Shown in pieces: positions 63,995 through 64,000 of a stretch of 64,000 nt of DNA (its first letter is position 1; each line of letters opens with the position of its first letter). This stretch comes from a virus: the IMG/VR virus record IMGVR_UViG_3300034782_000062, positions 118,771 to 182,770 of that record, one strand, 5' to 3'. The translations under genes and the position numbers were made by a program. A model generated the notes under the pieces. The model made no database searches. It saw nothing but the letters and a program-made list of their open reading frames with translations, and was not told the origin of the DNA.

Positions 63995-64000
63995 CTATGG

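Noticed and set aside
1-64000. Genome-wide stop-codon recoding
   Set aside because: Conserved genes end normally at TAA, TAG and TGA, and no CTA/TTA/TCA-anticodon tRNA was found

Overview
This 64 kb window looks like part of a large, high-GC tailed bacteriophage genome; the host cannot be determined from the sequence. From left to right: (1) 1-13.1 kb, a virion module with a poly-gamma-glutamate-hydrolase-like gene and three long tail fibre/spike-like genes that share an N-terminal domain and a 441-bp duplication. (2) 13.3-18 kb, a leftward operon with a tyrosine recombinase, an AT-hook protein and a J-domain protein. (3) 18-21.5 kb, SSB, two tandem RAMP/Cas7-like genes and a third gene. (4) 21.7-25.6 kb, a ~4 kb non-coding array of ~55 GGCAG-anchored units on a 5-nt lattice. 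Blocks 3 and 4 together are the strongest candidate for an unusual RNA-guided system; no cas1/cas2 or canonical CRISPR repeats are visible. (5) 25.6-47 kb, accessory genes: RNA ligase-like, cyclic-phosphate receiver, DNA methyltransferase, Tmk, PyrE, ThyA-like, two radical SAM proteins and a Gp37/68-family protein. (6) 47.4-64 kb, a dense RNA island with 35 tRNAs, tmRNA, a minimal SRP-like RNA, a Ro60/TROVE gene and 14 RNAs sharing a Ro-binding Y-RNA-like frame but carrying different inserts (permuted tRNA, a lone anticodon arm, a 20-nt 23S rRNA match). All annotation is by eye from motifs and pairing. No searches or folding were run, and coordinates may be off by a few bases.
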